Source: an uncultured virus (IMG/VR IMGVR_UViG_3300031088_000645) (Duplodnaviria; Heunggongvirae; Uroviricota; Caudoviricetes). Taken from it: DNA of 56,397 nt. Below, in pieces: positions 38,096 through 47,276 of this stretch. The notes under the pieces are model-generated. The model ran no database searches. It saw nothing but the letters and a program-made list of their open reading frames with translations, and was not told the DNA's origin. Within the stretch, counting starts at the first letter, position 1. Each line of letters begins with the position of its first letter. The stretch is from IMG/VR virus record IMGVR_UViG_3300031088_000645; one strand, written 5' to 3'. The position numbers were made by a program, and so were the translations under genes.

Positions 38096-38461
38096 ATGGC
38101 TGATAACAAAAACCTTGATGCGTACGTCACGTGGCTAGAGAAGACGCTCAACTCATACGCAAAAGAGTGCGAGAGCTATGTTCGGGCGAATGATGAGAGT
38201 CCTTCCGATAGCCTCTCCCGACCCTACTATGCACTTCGCGAGGCGTGGGATTCATACTGCATCGTAGTGAGGCATGATAGCGCCTACAGTCCATCGCGGG
38301 CGCTATCGAGCTTCATCGAGGCTTACTCGAACGATGAGTCTGAGCCTTTGGAGCTTTACAAGGTCTACATCAAGACCGTGTTCCGGCAGAACCACAAGTC
38401 GAATCGCAACGAAGAGCGCATGGTGGGTAAGATCAACAAGTTGTTGTCTAGCGTTCACTAA
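38096..38461 (+). CDS. Hypothetical protein
   Basis: TACTAT-N6-ATG leaderless start. Confidence 0.6.
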   Translation: MADNKNLDAYVTWLEKTLNSYAKECESYVRANDESPSDSLSRPYYALREAWDSYCIVVRHDSAYSPSRALSSFIEAYSNDESEPLELYKVYIKTVFRQNHKSNRNEERMVGKINKLLSSVH

Positions 38462-38979
38462 TGATTGCCGCTCGTCGTGGTCTCAGTAGGAATGCGGAGT
38501 TAGCGAATAGCATCATCATGTCAACGAGCTACATGCTAAATAAGACCGAAGCAGCAGGTATCACGAGGACCGAGTATAAGAAGCTAGCTGAGTTTTACGA
38601 TATCAAAAAACTATCTGATGGTGGTAATGCGCTCTACCGCTATGCAGCGAGAAAGCCAGTTACGCCGGACATGTCTACCTTGTGGGAAAGGATAGTTGGG
38701 GACCGTGGAAAGAACGGTCTAGCACGTGATAGTCGTAACCTAACCAGAAGTCTTCATCGAGCGGGATATGACCGAGAGGTAGTGCTACTTACATGGGGGC
38801 TATGGGTCGTCTTGGACTCCATCGATGTTCCTGTTGTTGCCGAAGCGTTTTATAGGTTTGGAGGACGGCGCGTCATAACTCTGCTGGATAGAGGGCTGAG
38901 TCTTGACACAATCCAAGATTGGCTTTCGCAGGACATTGATGCCGACATCATCGATTCGATGTTCACTCTTGATCTTTGA
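38461..38979 (+). CDS. Hypothetical protein with shared C-terminal DID module
   Basis: TAATG coupling; ends DWLSQDIDADIIDSMFTLDL. Confidence 0.7.
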   Translation: MIAARRGLSRNAELANSIIMSTSYMLNKTEAAGITRTEYKKLAEFYDIKKLSDGGNALYRYAARKPVTPDMSTLWERIVGDRGKNGLARDSRNLTRSLHRAGYDREVVLLTWGLWVVLDSIDVPVVAEAFYRFGGRRVITLLDRGLSLDTIQDWLSQDIDADIIDSMFTLDL

Positions 38980-39028
38980 CCTTTGGGTAGTTCTGCACTA
39001 GTCTCTATGTAGAGCAGAAAGAGTCCTC

Positions 39029-39439
39029 ATGTCCAGCCTACTCACTCGTGAGCAGTTCAGAGTACGCACCCTTGCACGTAACCAAGGTCAGTGTGTTGTT
39101 CCGTCATGCCCTGAGGCGGCGGTTGATGCACACCACACTCTAAACAGGAACCTCTTCACTCATGACTCTGAGTTCGGCGGATACTTCTTCGAGAATGGCT
39201 CTGGGCTATGCTCGGGACACCACCTTGATGCAGAGAGAACACTAATTGCAACCACAGACCTCTACCTTTGGTGTCAAGTAGAGCGGTTGCTTCCCATCGG
39301 CTTTGATCCTGATTATGAGTATGACACCTGGGGCAATATCGTCATCTCCGAACATGAGCGTATTGCTGGTCCGATGTTCGAGAATGAGGGTTGCCAGAAA
39401 GCTCTTGGCGCGGCAGGTGTTCTTTGGATGTTCAGCTAG
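39029..39439 (+). CDS. HNH endonuclease family protein
   Basis: CVVPSC...DAHH...ENGSGLCSGHH. Confidence 0.75.
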   Translation: MSSLLTREQFRVRTLARNQGQCVVPSCPEAAVDAHHTLNRNLFTHDSEFGGYFFENGSGLCSGHHLDAERTLIATTDLYLWCQVERLLPIGFDPDYEYDTWGNIVISEHERIAGPMFENEGCQKALGAAGVLWMFS

Positions 39440-40421
39440 TCTTACGGCGACGGCGTACGGGCTTGCGAACATACGGGTAGATGGTCCTGACAACGCGCTC
39501 TGAAACCGTCTGAGTGGGCTTCTCAGCGTCATTGAAGGCAAGGTTGGACATGTCATCAACCATCTTGATGGTATCTTCAACGTCGAATGCTGGCTCACCA
39601 AGAGCAATGATGGACTTCGGGACGATACGAAGGTACCTCTCATCGAAAAGCATTGTCACAGTGGGGATGCGCATGACGTTCAAAGGCACCAAGATAGGAC
39701 TTGGGTATGTCACAACCACGTCTGATTCCGCTGCTGTAAAGATAGGTGACTTCGTAGAGATCTCATACCTCGACCAAAGGCTTCTATCCTCTCCCGGGTT
39801 CAAGCTCACGATGATATCCCAGCCTTCGTCGTAGAGCGTTTCGGCTACGTCCATCAATGCTTGTCCATCATCAGGCATCTCGGCTGAGATAGAGGTGGCA
39901 ATGACCACCCTTCTTGCGGTCTCTGTGGGGTTCCACTTAGGAAGGTCATCCACAAGAGGTAGACCAACAATCTGGGTCTTGCTTGCTGGAAGATCAAAGT
40001 AGCTACCAAGAATCAGTTGAGTTGCCTCACTTGACACGATGGTGCCCCTGACCTCTACTCCGTCTAGCCTTCTGTGAACACCCGAGATAGCAGGGTATTC
40101 GGCTTCGAGGAAGATGACCGGCACGTTTGACCTGTTTGCTCGACGACCAACAGCTTGGGTCCATGCCGAAAGCACTCCACCAACAATAAGGATAATCGAA
40201 GCCTTATCGATTGCATTGATGTCGTTGGTAGTTTTGAGATGACCCTTAGGCGGCTTAGGGGCATACCGAGGGGGCTGACCTTCACGCTGGGGTAGTTCAG
40301 GAATGAGGTGCACTACATCACCAAGCTGATTGACGTAGTGTCGCAGTGTCGGTGTGAAGTTCTTGTATCCGAATGGCTCTTGGGTGGCTACAACTATGCG
40401 AGGGCGCAAGGGAGTTGTCAT
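39432..40421 (-). CDS. Putative GT-B-fold glycosyltransferase-like protein
   Basis: GGGAGG SD before MTTPLRP; VGLPLVDD and DVVVTYPS patterns of a two-Rossmann GT-B fold. Confidence 0.45.
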   Translation of the reverse strand: MTTPLRPRIVVATQEPFGYKNFTPTLRHYVNQLGDVVHLIPELPQREGQPPRYAPKPPKGHLKTTNDINAIDKASIILIVGGVLSAWTQAVGRRANRSNVPVIFLEAEYPAISGVHRRLDGVEVRGTIVSSEATQLILGSYFDLPASKTQIVGLPLVDDLPKWNPTETARRVVIATSISAEMPDDGQALMDVAETLYDEGWDIIVSLNPGEDRSLWSRYEISTKSPIFTAAESDVVVTYPSPILVPLNVMRIPTVTMLFDERYLRIVPKSIIALGEPAFDVEDTIKMVDDMSNLAFNDAEKPTQTVSERVVRTIYPYVRKPVRRRRKTS

Positions 40422-40703
40422 ACCACCCTCCCTTCTAAGGTATGCGTTCACGTATGTGAATTCGGGTGTGCTACTCGCGGACAGTCTATGACATAGGTGA
40501 GGGTGGTTGTCAAGGAATTGAGATAACGTTTCTTGTTCGCATTTTCTCGACACGCCGGTACCATTACTGCTGATAACTCAAAATAGTGGTATGCGAAAAA
40601 TACCATCAATTTGTTTCGCAAAACGACTAACGACTGGATATCTCTTCTTGTTTGCCCCTACAATGGGGGCAGGGCGTAATCTCGCCTCATCACCCAAGGA
40701 GAA

Positions 40704-42257
40704 TTGATGAAGCTTTCATCACGTACACCTCTGCTCAAAAGCTTCGGCATTGCAGCCCTTGCACTGGCACTGGTTACATCGTCTGGAGTTGCAGCAAGTG
40801 CAGCAACCACACCTAGCGTTTCTGCCGATTCGCTCACCACTACGTTCTACCAGGCTAACAACCCAAGAACCACTACAACCCTGATCTCGCGCTGGGACGA
40901 TGAGATTCAGAAGGCTAGCGTCAACAACGGATACACCGACGTAAAGGGTCCGGTATTCAAGGCATCAGTGAAGGCGGCTGATGGTCTTGTTCCTGTCTAC
41001 CGCATGTTCAAGAAGGGCGACTTCATCTGGGTTGCCGACTGGAAGGGTTCGAATGAGTATTCGAATGCTCAGACCAAGTACGGTTATGAGTCTCAGGGTC
41101 TTGCCTTCTACGCTTCTATGTCCAAGTTTGATGGCTCGGTCGGAGTAGAGCGCTTCCTGAGTGGTAGCAAGCACAGCTACGCAGTGACCGATGCTGATAA
41201 GGCTACGGCTCGCGCTGCTGGATACCAGAGCGAGGGAACTATGTTCTATGTCGCTCCGGTCAAGGCTGCTACCCCCGCACCAACTCCCACGCCAGAGCCA
41301 ACCACCCCGGCTCCTACGCCAGTACCTCCGGTTGTCACGCCTGCGCCTACCCCTACGCCAGAGCCTGAGCCAGTCCCTGAGGTCAAGGACGAGAAGTTCA
41401 CCATCGCCTTGGTTCCTGACACCCAGGCTGAGGTTTTCGGAACTGACACCCGTTTCGATCAGCGTAGTGACTACATTGTCGCCAATAAGGACAAGCTGAA
41501 CATCAAGTACGCCATTCACACTGGTGACGTTGCTAACTGGGGAGAAGTAGACCCGGCTCAGTACATCATCGCAGAGCGCGCTATGGACAAGCTTTCCGCC
41601 AACGGAATCCCTTACTCCATCGCAATCGGTAACCACGACACTGGTGCAGTTGGTGTTGGTGGAGGCGCAGCAAACTCCAAGACAACACGCATCACCGTTC
41701 GTAACACTGGTGCTTTCAACGCTGCGTTCCCCGTAGCTGAGCACACTGCTGATGGTGGCGCATTCGAGCCTGGCAAGATTGACAACAGCTTCCAGACCTT
41801 CACTGCCGGTGGCAAGAAGTTCCTCGTCCTCACCCTTGAGCTTTGGCCGCGTGTCGAGGCTGTCGAGTGGGCTAAGGGAGTCGTCTCGTCGCACCCTGAC
41901 TACAACGTCATCGTCAACACCCATTCCTACCTCAACGGAGATAGCAGCATCTCTACTTCCAGTGAGTACGGAACAACCTCTCCTAAGTACCTCTACGACA
42001 ACCTCATCAGCAAGTACTCGAACATCAAGATTGTTGTTTCGGGTCACGTCGGTGAAGCTGGTTACCGTGAGGACGTTACGGCAAATGGCAACAAGGTAGT
42101 TTCCTACCTCAACACCTTCCACAGCCGTAGCAACCCTTCGAGGTTCCTCAACATCGACACCGCAACCGGTGACCTAAGCATCACTGCTTATGCACCAAAG
42201 GACGGTGCTACTTACTCGCAGTACGACAAGAAGAGCAACATCACTCTCGTCAAGTAA
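40704..42257 (+). CDS. Secreted calcineurin-like metallophosphoesterase with N-terminal repeat domain (DUF5648-like) and Pro/Thr linker
   Basis: Signal peptide; GYxSxGxxFY repeats; PDTQ, TGD, GNHD, TH, SGH. Confidence 0.8.
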   Translation: MMKLSSRTPLLKSFGIAALALALVTSSGVAASAATTPSVSADSLTTTFYQANNPRTTTTLISRWDDEIQKASVNNGYTDVKGPVFKASVKAADGLVPVYRMFKKGDFIWVADWKGSNEYSNAQTKYGYESQGLAFYASMSKFDGSVGVERFLSGSKHSYAVTDADKATARAAGYQSEGTMFYVAPVKAATPAPTPTPEPTTPAPTPVPPVVTPAPTPTPEPEPVPEVKDEKFTIALVPDTQAEVFGTDTRFDQRSDYIVANKDKLNIKYAIHTGDVANWGEVDPAQYIIAERAMDKLSANGIPYSIAIGNHDTGAVGVGGGAANSKTTRITVRNTGAFNAAFPVAEHTADGGAFEPGKIDNSFQTFTAGGKKFLVLTLELWPRVEAVEWAKGVVSSHPDYNVIVNTHSYLNGDSSISTSSEYGTTSPKYLYDNLISKYSNIKIVVSGHVGEAGYREDVTANGNKVVSYLNTFHSRSNPSRFLNIDTATGDLSITAYAPKDGATYSQYDKKSNITLVK

Positions 42258-42268
42258 GTTCCCTATGA

Positions 42269-42306
42269 CACGAACCGCCTCGGTCTTTTGATCGGGGCGG
42301 TTCGTG
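42269..42306 (+). terminator. Intrinsic terminator
   Basis: CACGAACCGCCTCG/CGGGGCGGTTCGTG. Confidence 0.65.
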
Positions 42307-42359
42307 CTGTTATGACACCGGTTATTGGTAAGGTTGAGTTAACCAAGGAAAGGTCGGCA

Positions 42360-43256
42360 ATGGGTGTTCGTAGCCTGATACGCAAGCCGATAGTGGACAA
42401 GAACGGCAAGAACACCACAGTACTCGTACGACCAGACCAAGGGTCAAATGACCGCGCTTCTGCTGCACCGGTACCTCAAAACTCCGGTCCTTTCGTTCCT
42501 GTAATCCCACCATCTCCAGAGCCTTTCGCGCCCAAAGATCCCAACAGCAAAATGCTTTCTAGCTGGAATGGCGAGAGGCTTCAACCAGTCAAGATTGTCA
42601 CCGAAACTGGCGGGCAATGGGATCTTGCTCCCGAGGGATTCTCTGGCGCAAAATGCTTCACGTGTGGTTCGTTCTTCACTGATGAACAGGTATCATCAGG
42701 AAGCTACATCAAGTGCCTTCGATGCCTCAAAGAGACACGAGGTGGTCGTATTGAGAGTGGCATTAGGTACAGCGATGTGCACCTCCTATCGCAAGAGGCA
42801 ACCCGTGAAAACGATTGGTACCACATCACCCTGAGTGCTAATTGGGACACCGATATCACCACGGCTAGTCCCATGAACCAGCCATATGTTCATGTCGGCT
42901 CACTTGCCGCTGCGGAGACCAGAATGAAAGACCTCATTGACTCGCACAAGAGTTCTGAGAGATTTAGCAAGCATCTCGCACCCTCGGACGATCTAGTCTT
43001 CTACTGCTACCGCATCAAGATGGTCGAAGATGCCGACCTATCTCCTAACATCATTACTGATGCTGATTTTGACGCACCCGAATCCGTAGCTCAGATTAGA
43101 GCAGAGTCTCTGAAAGAGGATGGAGAGTCCTACGCGCAGTATGAGTTGTTCGGCGCAACTAGGTACGTCAACGAGTATGAGTCTCACGGTTCCATCTCAC
43201 TGATTACCCACCCCACAGCCATCGAAGTCGTCGAGCGATTCGTCATGGAACGGTAA
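42360..43256 (+). CDS. IVDKNG-tagged protein: Zn finger + ADP-ribosyltransferase-like domain
   Basis: RKPIVDKNGKNTTVLV; two CxxC; WYHIT, VHVGSLAAA, YVNEYESHGSISLI. Confidence 0.6.
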   Translation: MGVRSLIRKPIVDKNGKNTTVLVRPDQGSNDRASAAPVPQNSGPFVPVIPPSPEPFAPKDPNSKMLSSWNGERLQPVKIVTETGGQWDLAPEGFSGAKCFTCGSFFTDEQVSSGSYIKCLRCLKETRGGRIESGIRYSDVHLLSQEATRENDWYHITLSANWDTDITTASPMNQPYVHVGSLAAAETRMKDLIDSHKSSERFSKHLAPSDDLVFYCYRIKMVEDADLSPNIITDADFDAPESVAQIRAESLKEDGESYAQYELFGATRYVNEYESHGSISLITHPTAIEVVERFVMER

Positions 43257-43363
43257 AACGGAGCATTCCTCAACCGCAATGTCTGGTTTGGAAAGGTATG
43301 ACCACCTGTACTGGTAATCTATAGATGTTGTTACCCAACCCTTATTTGACCAGGAGATTACTT

Positions 43364-44959
43364 ATGGCACCAAAGATGCCTCGTGCAGGAGCAGCCGTGT
43401 TGGCTGTAGGTCTTGCTTTCAGTAGTGTTACGGGCGGAGTCGCCCTTTCCGCTAGCGCTGCTACACCAGTTGTAGATAGACAGACCGTTGTGAGTTTTGA
43501 CGGTAGACCAGACGTATCAAGCTTCAATACTGACGGTGTGAACCTAGATGCTAGCGGATTGACCGCCAATGAGCGCGTCACTATCGCTCTTGACTATGCT
43601 CGCGCTGCAACGCCTAACGCTTTCAGTAACTACCAGACTCAGGAATCCGCTGCTGACGCTACCGGTCATGTGCGTTTGTTCGCTACGCCTTTCGATAGCG
43701 GAGATGGTGGTTCTACCCTTCCTGACGGTGCCGGTGCATTTGCTGCTGGTGACGTTGTTCGTGCCGTAGTTACCCCCGCAACCTCATCGCCCTACACCTT
43801 CACCTACATCGTGCCCGCAGGCGGTGGAGTGGACACGAACACACCGGTAGTTCTAGAGACCGCTGACGTGACTGTAACGCCCGCTGAGGCGCTGAGTGGT
43901 ATCGACATTGGCATCCCCGGTGTAGACCCCGCTAAGAAGACCGTTGTCACCACATTCATTACCCGCGAGGGTTCGACTGTTGCCGTTCCTGTTGAGCGTC
44001 AGTACCTTGATGCAACCAACACCTTCATCCAGACAACCGTTCACGGTTGGAGCGAGGTAGACGATACTGTTGCCCTCGAAGTGGGCGATAAGGTATCTGT
44101 TGATGTTGAGCTAGGAGGAACGGTCAATACAGCACCGGATCTTGAAATCACGATTGCTAATGAAGCTGATGTCCCCACGGACCCAACTGACCCAACCAAT
44201 CCTACCGACCCGGGCACGCCTGCAACTCCTGCTGGTTCATTCGCTGTCGCTAACCCCACCGCTAGCCAGATTAGAGAGGGTGTTGACTACAACATCACTG
44301 GTCTCGATGCTAATGCAGCTAACGTTGCTGGTGTGTACCTCGACCGTGCAGATGCAGACGGTGGTTTCGAGACAGTAACCACAATCACCCTGGAGCCTTC
44401 TCTCATTCAGAATGGTTCCGCCCTCGTTAACTTCTCCGCGTTCTACCGTACCGATGATGGTGTCATCAACACCTTGCAGCCTGGTGACGTACTCGAAGTT
44501 AGATTGAGCGTGGATGGAGCCGAGCGTGTCCTCACCTCGTACACCATTGCTGGTGCCCCGGTAACAAACCCCACTCCTGTTGATCCTACCAATCCGGTTG
44601 TTATTCCCGTTACTCCCGTAGCTCCTGTTGATGTTGCTGGTGCAAACCCGGAGGCAGAGTTCAACACTGGTGGATACGATGATGGAACGCTTGAGGCTTA
44701 CGAGAACTGCGAGGCTGCACAGGCTGACGGTAAGGCTGACCTTACTGCCAAAGACCCTGGCTTCACTCCCGCTCTGGACGGCGACAATGACGGTGTTGGT
44801 TGTGAGGACAACATCTCCGCTCTTGCCAAGACTGGTGCAAGCGATGACCGTACCGTCAAGCAGAACATCTTGCTTGCCGCTGGTGGTTCGCTCTTCCTCG
44901 GTCTCTCCCTCATGGGTGCCAAGGTTCTTCGTAACCGCAAGGCTGACGAACTCGTCTAA
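43364..44959 (+). CDS. Sortase-anchored surface protein with Excalibur Ca-binding domain
   Basis: Signal peptide; YENCEAAQ...LDGDNDGVGCE; LAKTG followed by TM and basic tail. Confidence 0.8.
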   Translation: MAPKMPRAGAAVLAVGLAFSSVTGGVALSASAATPVVDRQTVVSFDGRPDVSSFNTDGVNLDASGLTANERVTIALDYARAATPNAFSNYQTQESAADATGHVRLFATPFDSGDGGSTLPDGAGAFAAGDVVRAVVTPATSSPYTFTYIVPAGGGVDTNTPVVLETADVTVTPAEALSGIDIGIPGVDPAKKTVVTTFITREGSTVAVPVERQYLDATNTFIQTTVHGWSEVDDTVALEVGDKVSVDVELGGTVNTAPDLEITIANEADVPTDPTDPTNPTDPGTPATPAGSFAVANPTASQIREGVDYNITGLDANAANVAGVYLDRADADGGFETVTTITLEPSLIQNGSALVNFSAFYRTDDGVINTLQPGDVLEVRLSVDGAERVLTSYTIAGAPVTNPTPVDPTNPVVIPVTPVAPVDVAGANPEAEFNTGGYDDGTLEAYENCEAAQADGKADLTAKDPGFTPALDGDNDGVGCEDNISALAKTGASDDRTVKQNILLAAGGSLFLGLSLMGAKVLRNRKADELV

Positions 44960-44967
44960 TCCCTAGT

Positions 44968-45007
44968 CAAAACGCCCCTCTGATTTTCTAGTCAGAGGGG
45001 CGTTTTG
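44968..45007 (+). terminator. Intrinsic terminator
   Basis: CAAAACGCCCCTCTGA/TCAGAGGGGCGTTTTG. Confidence 0.75.
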
Positions 45008-45050
45008 CTGTCCTCTTGATAATCAACTGGTGATGGTCTATTGTGCGCTC

Positions 45051-45599
45051 ATGCCTAAACCACTCGTTCTCATCGACTTTGATGGTGTGTTCAACATTGT
45101 CAACTCAGTCGAGAGTGCTAGGAAGCAGTGGGGCAAGGTAATCACAGCAACCATTCCTTATGAAGGAGATCCTCGACAGTCGGCTTTCTCAGTCATTGTC
45201 GCGCAGGACATCATCGAATTCTTTGTCTGGGTTGACGCATTGGGCATGGTTGATATCAAGTGGCTTTCCACGTGGACACATAACACCTCTAAGTTCCCCC
45301 GATTCCTAGGTCTTCCTGAGTTTGGTTGGCTGGAAAGACCATCGCACGATCCAGAATGGGGTTGGTGGAAGCTTGATGTAGCCAAAGAGGCGATTGGCGG
45401 GCTAGAGGAAGAAACGAAGGTGCTATGGATCGACGATGATCATGGTTTTGACCCGGGTGCTAGGACATGGCTGCGAAACCACCCGAATGTGACAGCGGTA
45501 GCTCCCAAGACCGTTTTTGGATTGACCGTAAGCGATCTCAAAGAGGTCGCCGTCTTCATTGAGAAAGAGACTGGACATGTATACTCACCGAACTCATAA
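45051..45599 (+). CDS. HAD-family phosphatase (Swiss-Army-knife RNA-repair HAD-like)
   Basis: IDFDGV, WLSTW, WWKL, LWIDDD; leaderless TATTGT-N6-ATG. Confidence 0.8.
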   Translation: MPKPLVLIDFDGVFNIVNSVESARKQWGKVITATIPYEGDPRQSAFSVIVAQDIIEFFVWVDALGMVDIKWLSTWTHNTSKFPRFLGLPEFGWLERPSHDPEWGWWKLDVAKEAIGGLEEETKVLWIDDDHGFDPGARTWLRNHPNVTAVAPKTVFGLTVSDLKEVAVFIEKETGHVYSPNS

Positions 45600-46221
45600 A
45601 GCCCATGACTACCACTCGTACGATACATCGGGTGTTCTGGCGATGCTCGTACTGAATCGGGGTAGTACTTCGGTCTTTCGTAAAAAGCCTGTTCTCGACC
45701 GCGAGCAGCAAATTGTCATCGCAGGTGCGCTTGCGTTGATTGAGCTTTCTCGACTCGATGCCTTCTTCTATACGAAAGTTGACGTACTGACCAAAAGAGA
45801 TGCACTTATCTACGATGACGAAGAAGCACAGGGCGCATTTGCGTTGCTTCCCAATTCGTTCTATGTGCGTGATGTCATCTTCGATATCGGAGCCTACACG
45901 CTCGAATGGTATCGAAGCAGCGCGTCATCTATCTTTGCCAACCCAAGCTTCAAGATGGACTCAGTTCGTACGGAATTTTCCAAGGTAGTGAGCGGTCAAC
46001 TGGAAGGGTTCTACTCTCAGATGACGCTAGCAGAGCTTCTCATGACTACGGAAAATGGCGTGGTCGTCGCTTCCGAACTAGGTGACAACTCCTACGCTCG
46101 CATGGGAGATGAATATGTTCACATTCGAGAGACATCCTGGTTCAACCAGTCGGAAGGCAACCTTGATTTCGAAACCGTTGAACTCATCAGAAGGAGTGTC
46201 CCTGACATTCTCAGATGGTAG
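45559..46221 (+). CDS. Hypothetical protein, possibly GPP34-like; paralog of 11311..11919
   Basis: IAGALALIELSRL and HIRETSW; exact start uncertain. Confidence 0.5.
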   Translation: MRKRLDMYTHRTHKAHDYHSYDTSGVLAMLVLNRGSTSVFRKKPVLDREQQIVIAGALALIELSRLDAFFYTKVDVLTKRDALIYDDEEAQGAFALLPNSFYVRDVIFDIGAYTLEWYRSSASSIFANPSFKMDSVRTEFSKVVSGQLEGFYSQMTLAELLMTTENGVVVASELGDNSYARMGDEYVHIRETSWFNQSEGNLDFETVELIRRSVPDILRW

Positions 46222-46224
46222 CGG

Positions 46225-46491
46225 CTAGAGCATCAAATCGAATGCTGCGATAGCGGCAATGCCGATGAGTCCACCTATGATTGCCGCGATAAAGGTAACC
46301 TTTTCGAACGTGATGTTCGCATTCTCGGTCCTGGCTCTCCGGATGGCTGACATGTACCAAAGAACCGCTACTATCTCGAAGATCGTAATGGCAATGATGT
46401 ATCCATAGGTGGGTATGGTGCTGAGGATGTTCACGATTTGCCTTTCTTGCGAATCTGGAGTGTAGCAAAGGTCCGTACCGGTTGTGACCAA
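46225..46491 (-). CDS. Small two-TM membrane protein
   Basis: Two hydrophobic segments; start uncertain. Confidence 0.5.
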   Translation of the reverse strand: MVTTGTDLCYTPDSQERQIVNILSTIPTYGYIIAITIFEIVAVLWYMSAIRRARTENANITFEKVTFIAAIIGGLIGIAAIAAFDLML

Positions 46492-46518
46492 TAGGTGTAA
46501 TGGGATAACATACGCCCT

Positions 46519-47205
46519 ATGACCGAACTGACAGTAGTGCCCGTTCTTCTCAGCAAGCTGTTAGAAGAGAGCCACCCGGTCTATCCGAGACCATACTCAT
46601 GGGACAACACTGTTGCTTTCATGAAGAGCGAAAGTGCAGATTGGGATACCGTCTGCGAACTCATCAAGGTTCTAGAGCGGGGTGAGAAGTTCCGTGAACC
46701 GGTCTACGTCAGCTTTGATTCACCGTGGGAAGAAGGCGAGTACTTCGTTCCCAATAAGCCTTTTGTGAGTGACGGTACTCATCGCGTTATCGCTCACATC
46801 TTGCATGGCTCTGAGTACGTCGATGTCCATTACGAAAACTCTGACGATGGGGTGGACGAACCGACAAGATATGAAGATGAGACCGGTCCTGTCTATCGAT
46901 GCCTAGAGACGGTCATCGAGTTTGCAGAACCACTCTCAGAAGACGACTCCGACAGAATGGAAGCTGAAGACAGGATGTTTGGAGCGGTTCGATCCTTCAA
47001 GGTCACCGAAGACCTATGGTTCAACTGTGATGTCTCATCTGCTCGGGATCTCAAAGAGTTCTCTTACATGTGGAGCGAAAGGATCTTTGACGACCCTGCG
47101 CTTCTTGAACGCATTACTGAGATTTGCACCGAACGAGTGCGCCACTATATAGGTATCGAGCCGCTCTCAGTAAGGACATTCGTAGACGAATGGGTGGACG
47201 AGTAA
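46519..47205 (+). CDS. ParB/sulfiredoxin-like N-terminal domain protein
   Basis: FREPVYV...VSDGTHRVIA. Confidence 0.6.
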   Translation: MTELTVVPVLLSKLLEESHPVYPRPYSWDNTVAFMKSESADWDTVCELIKVLERGEKFREPVYVSFDSPWEEGEYFVPNKPFVSDGTHRVIAHILHGSEYVDVHYENSDDGVDEPTRYEDETGPVYRCLETVIEFAEPLSEDDSDRMEAEDRMFGAVRSFKVTEDLWFNCDVSSARDLKEFSYMWSERIFDDPALLERITEICTERVRHYIGIEPLSVRTFVDEWVDE

Positions 47206-47276
47206 ACGCGCACTGCTGTCGGTCCTGCACCCTATACTGATTAGACAATCACACCTTAGAGCTATCGGAGCGATAC

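Noticed and set aside
40560..40703. Hairpins upstream of the secreted phosphoesterase as a riboswitch
   Set aside because: No recognisable aptamer consensus.
41268..41380. Pro/Thr-coding low-complexity repeats (also near 37390-37500 and 44175-44230)
   Set aside because: Ordinary interdomain linkers, not DNA repeat elements.
40965..42122. 385-aa minus-strand ORF
   Set aside because: Antisense shadow of the metallophosphoesterase; no motifs.
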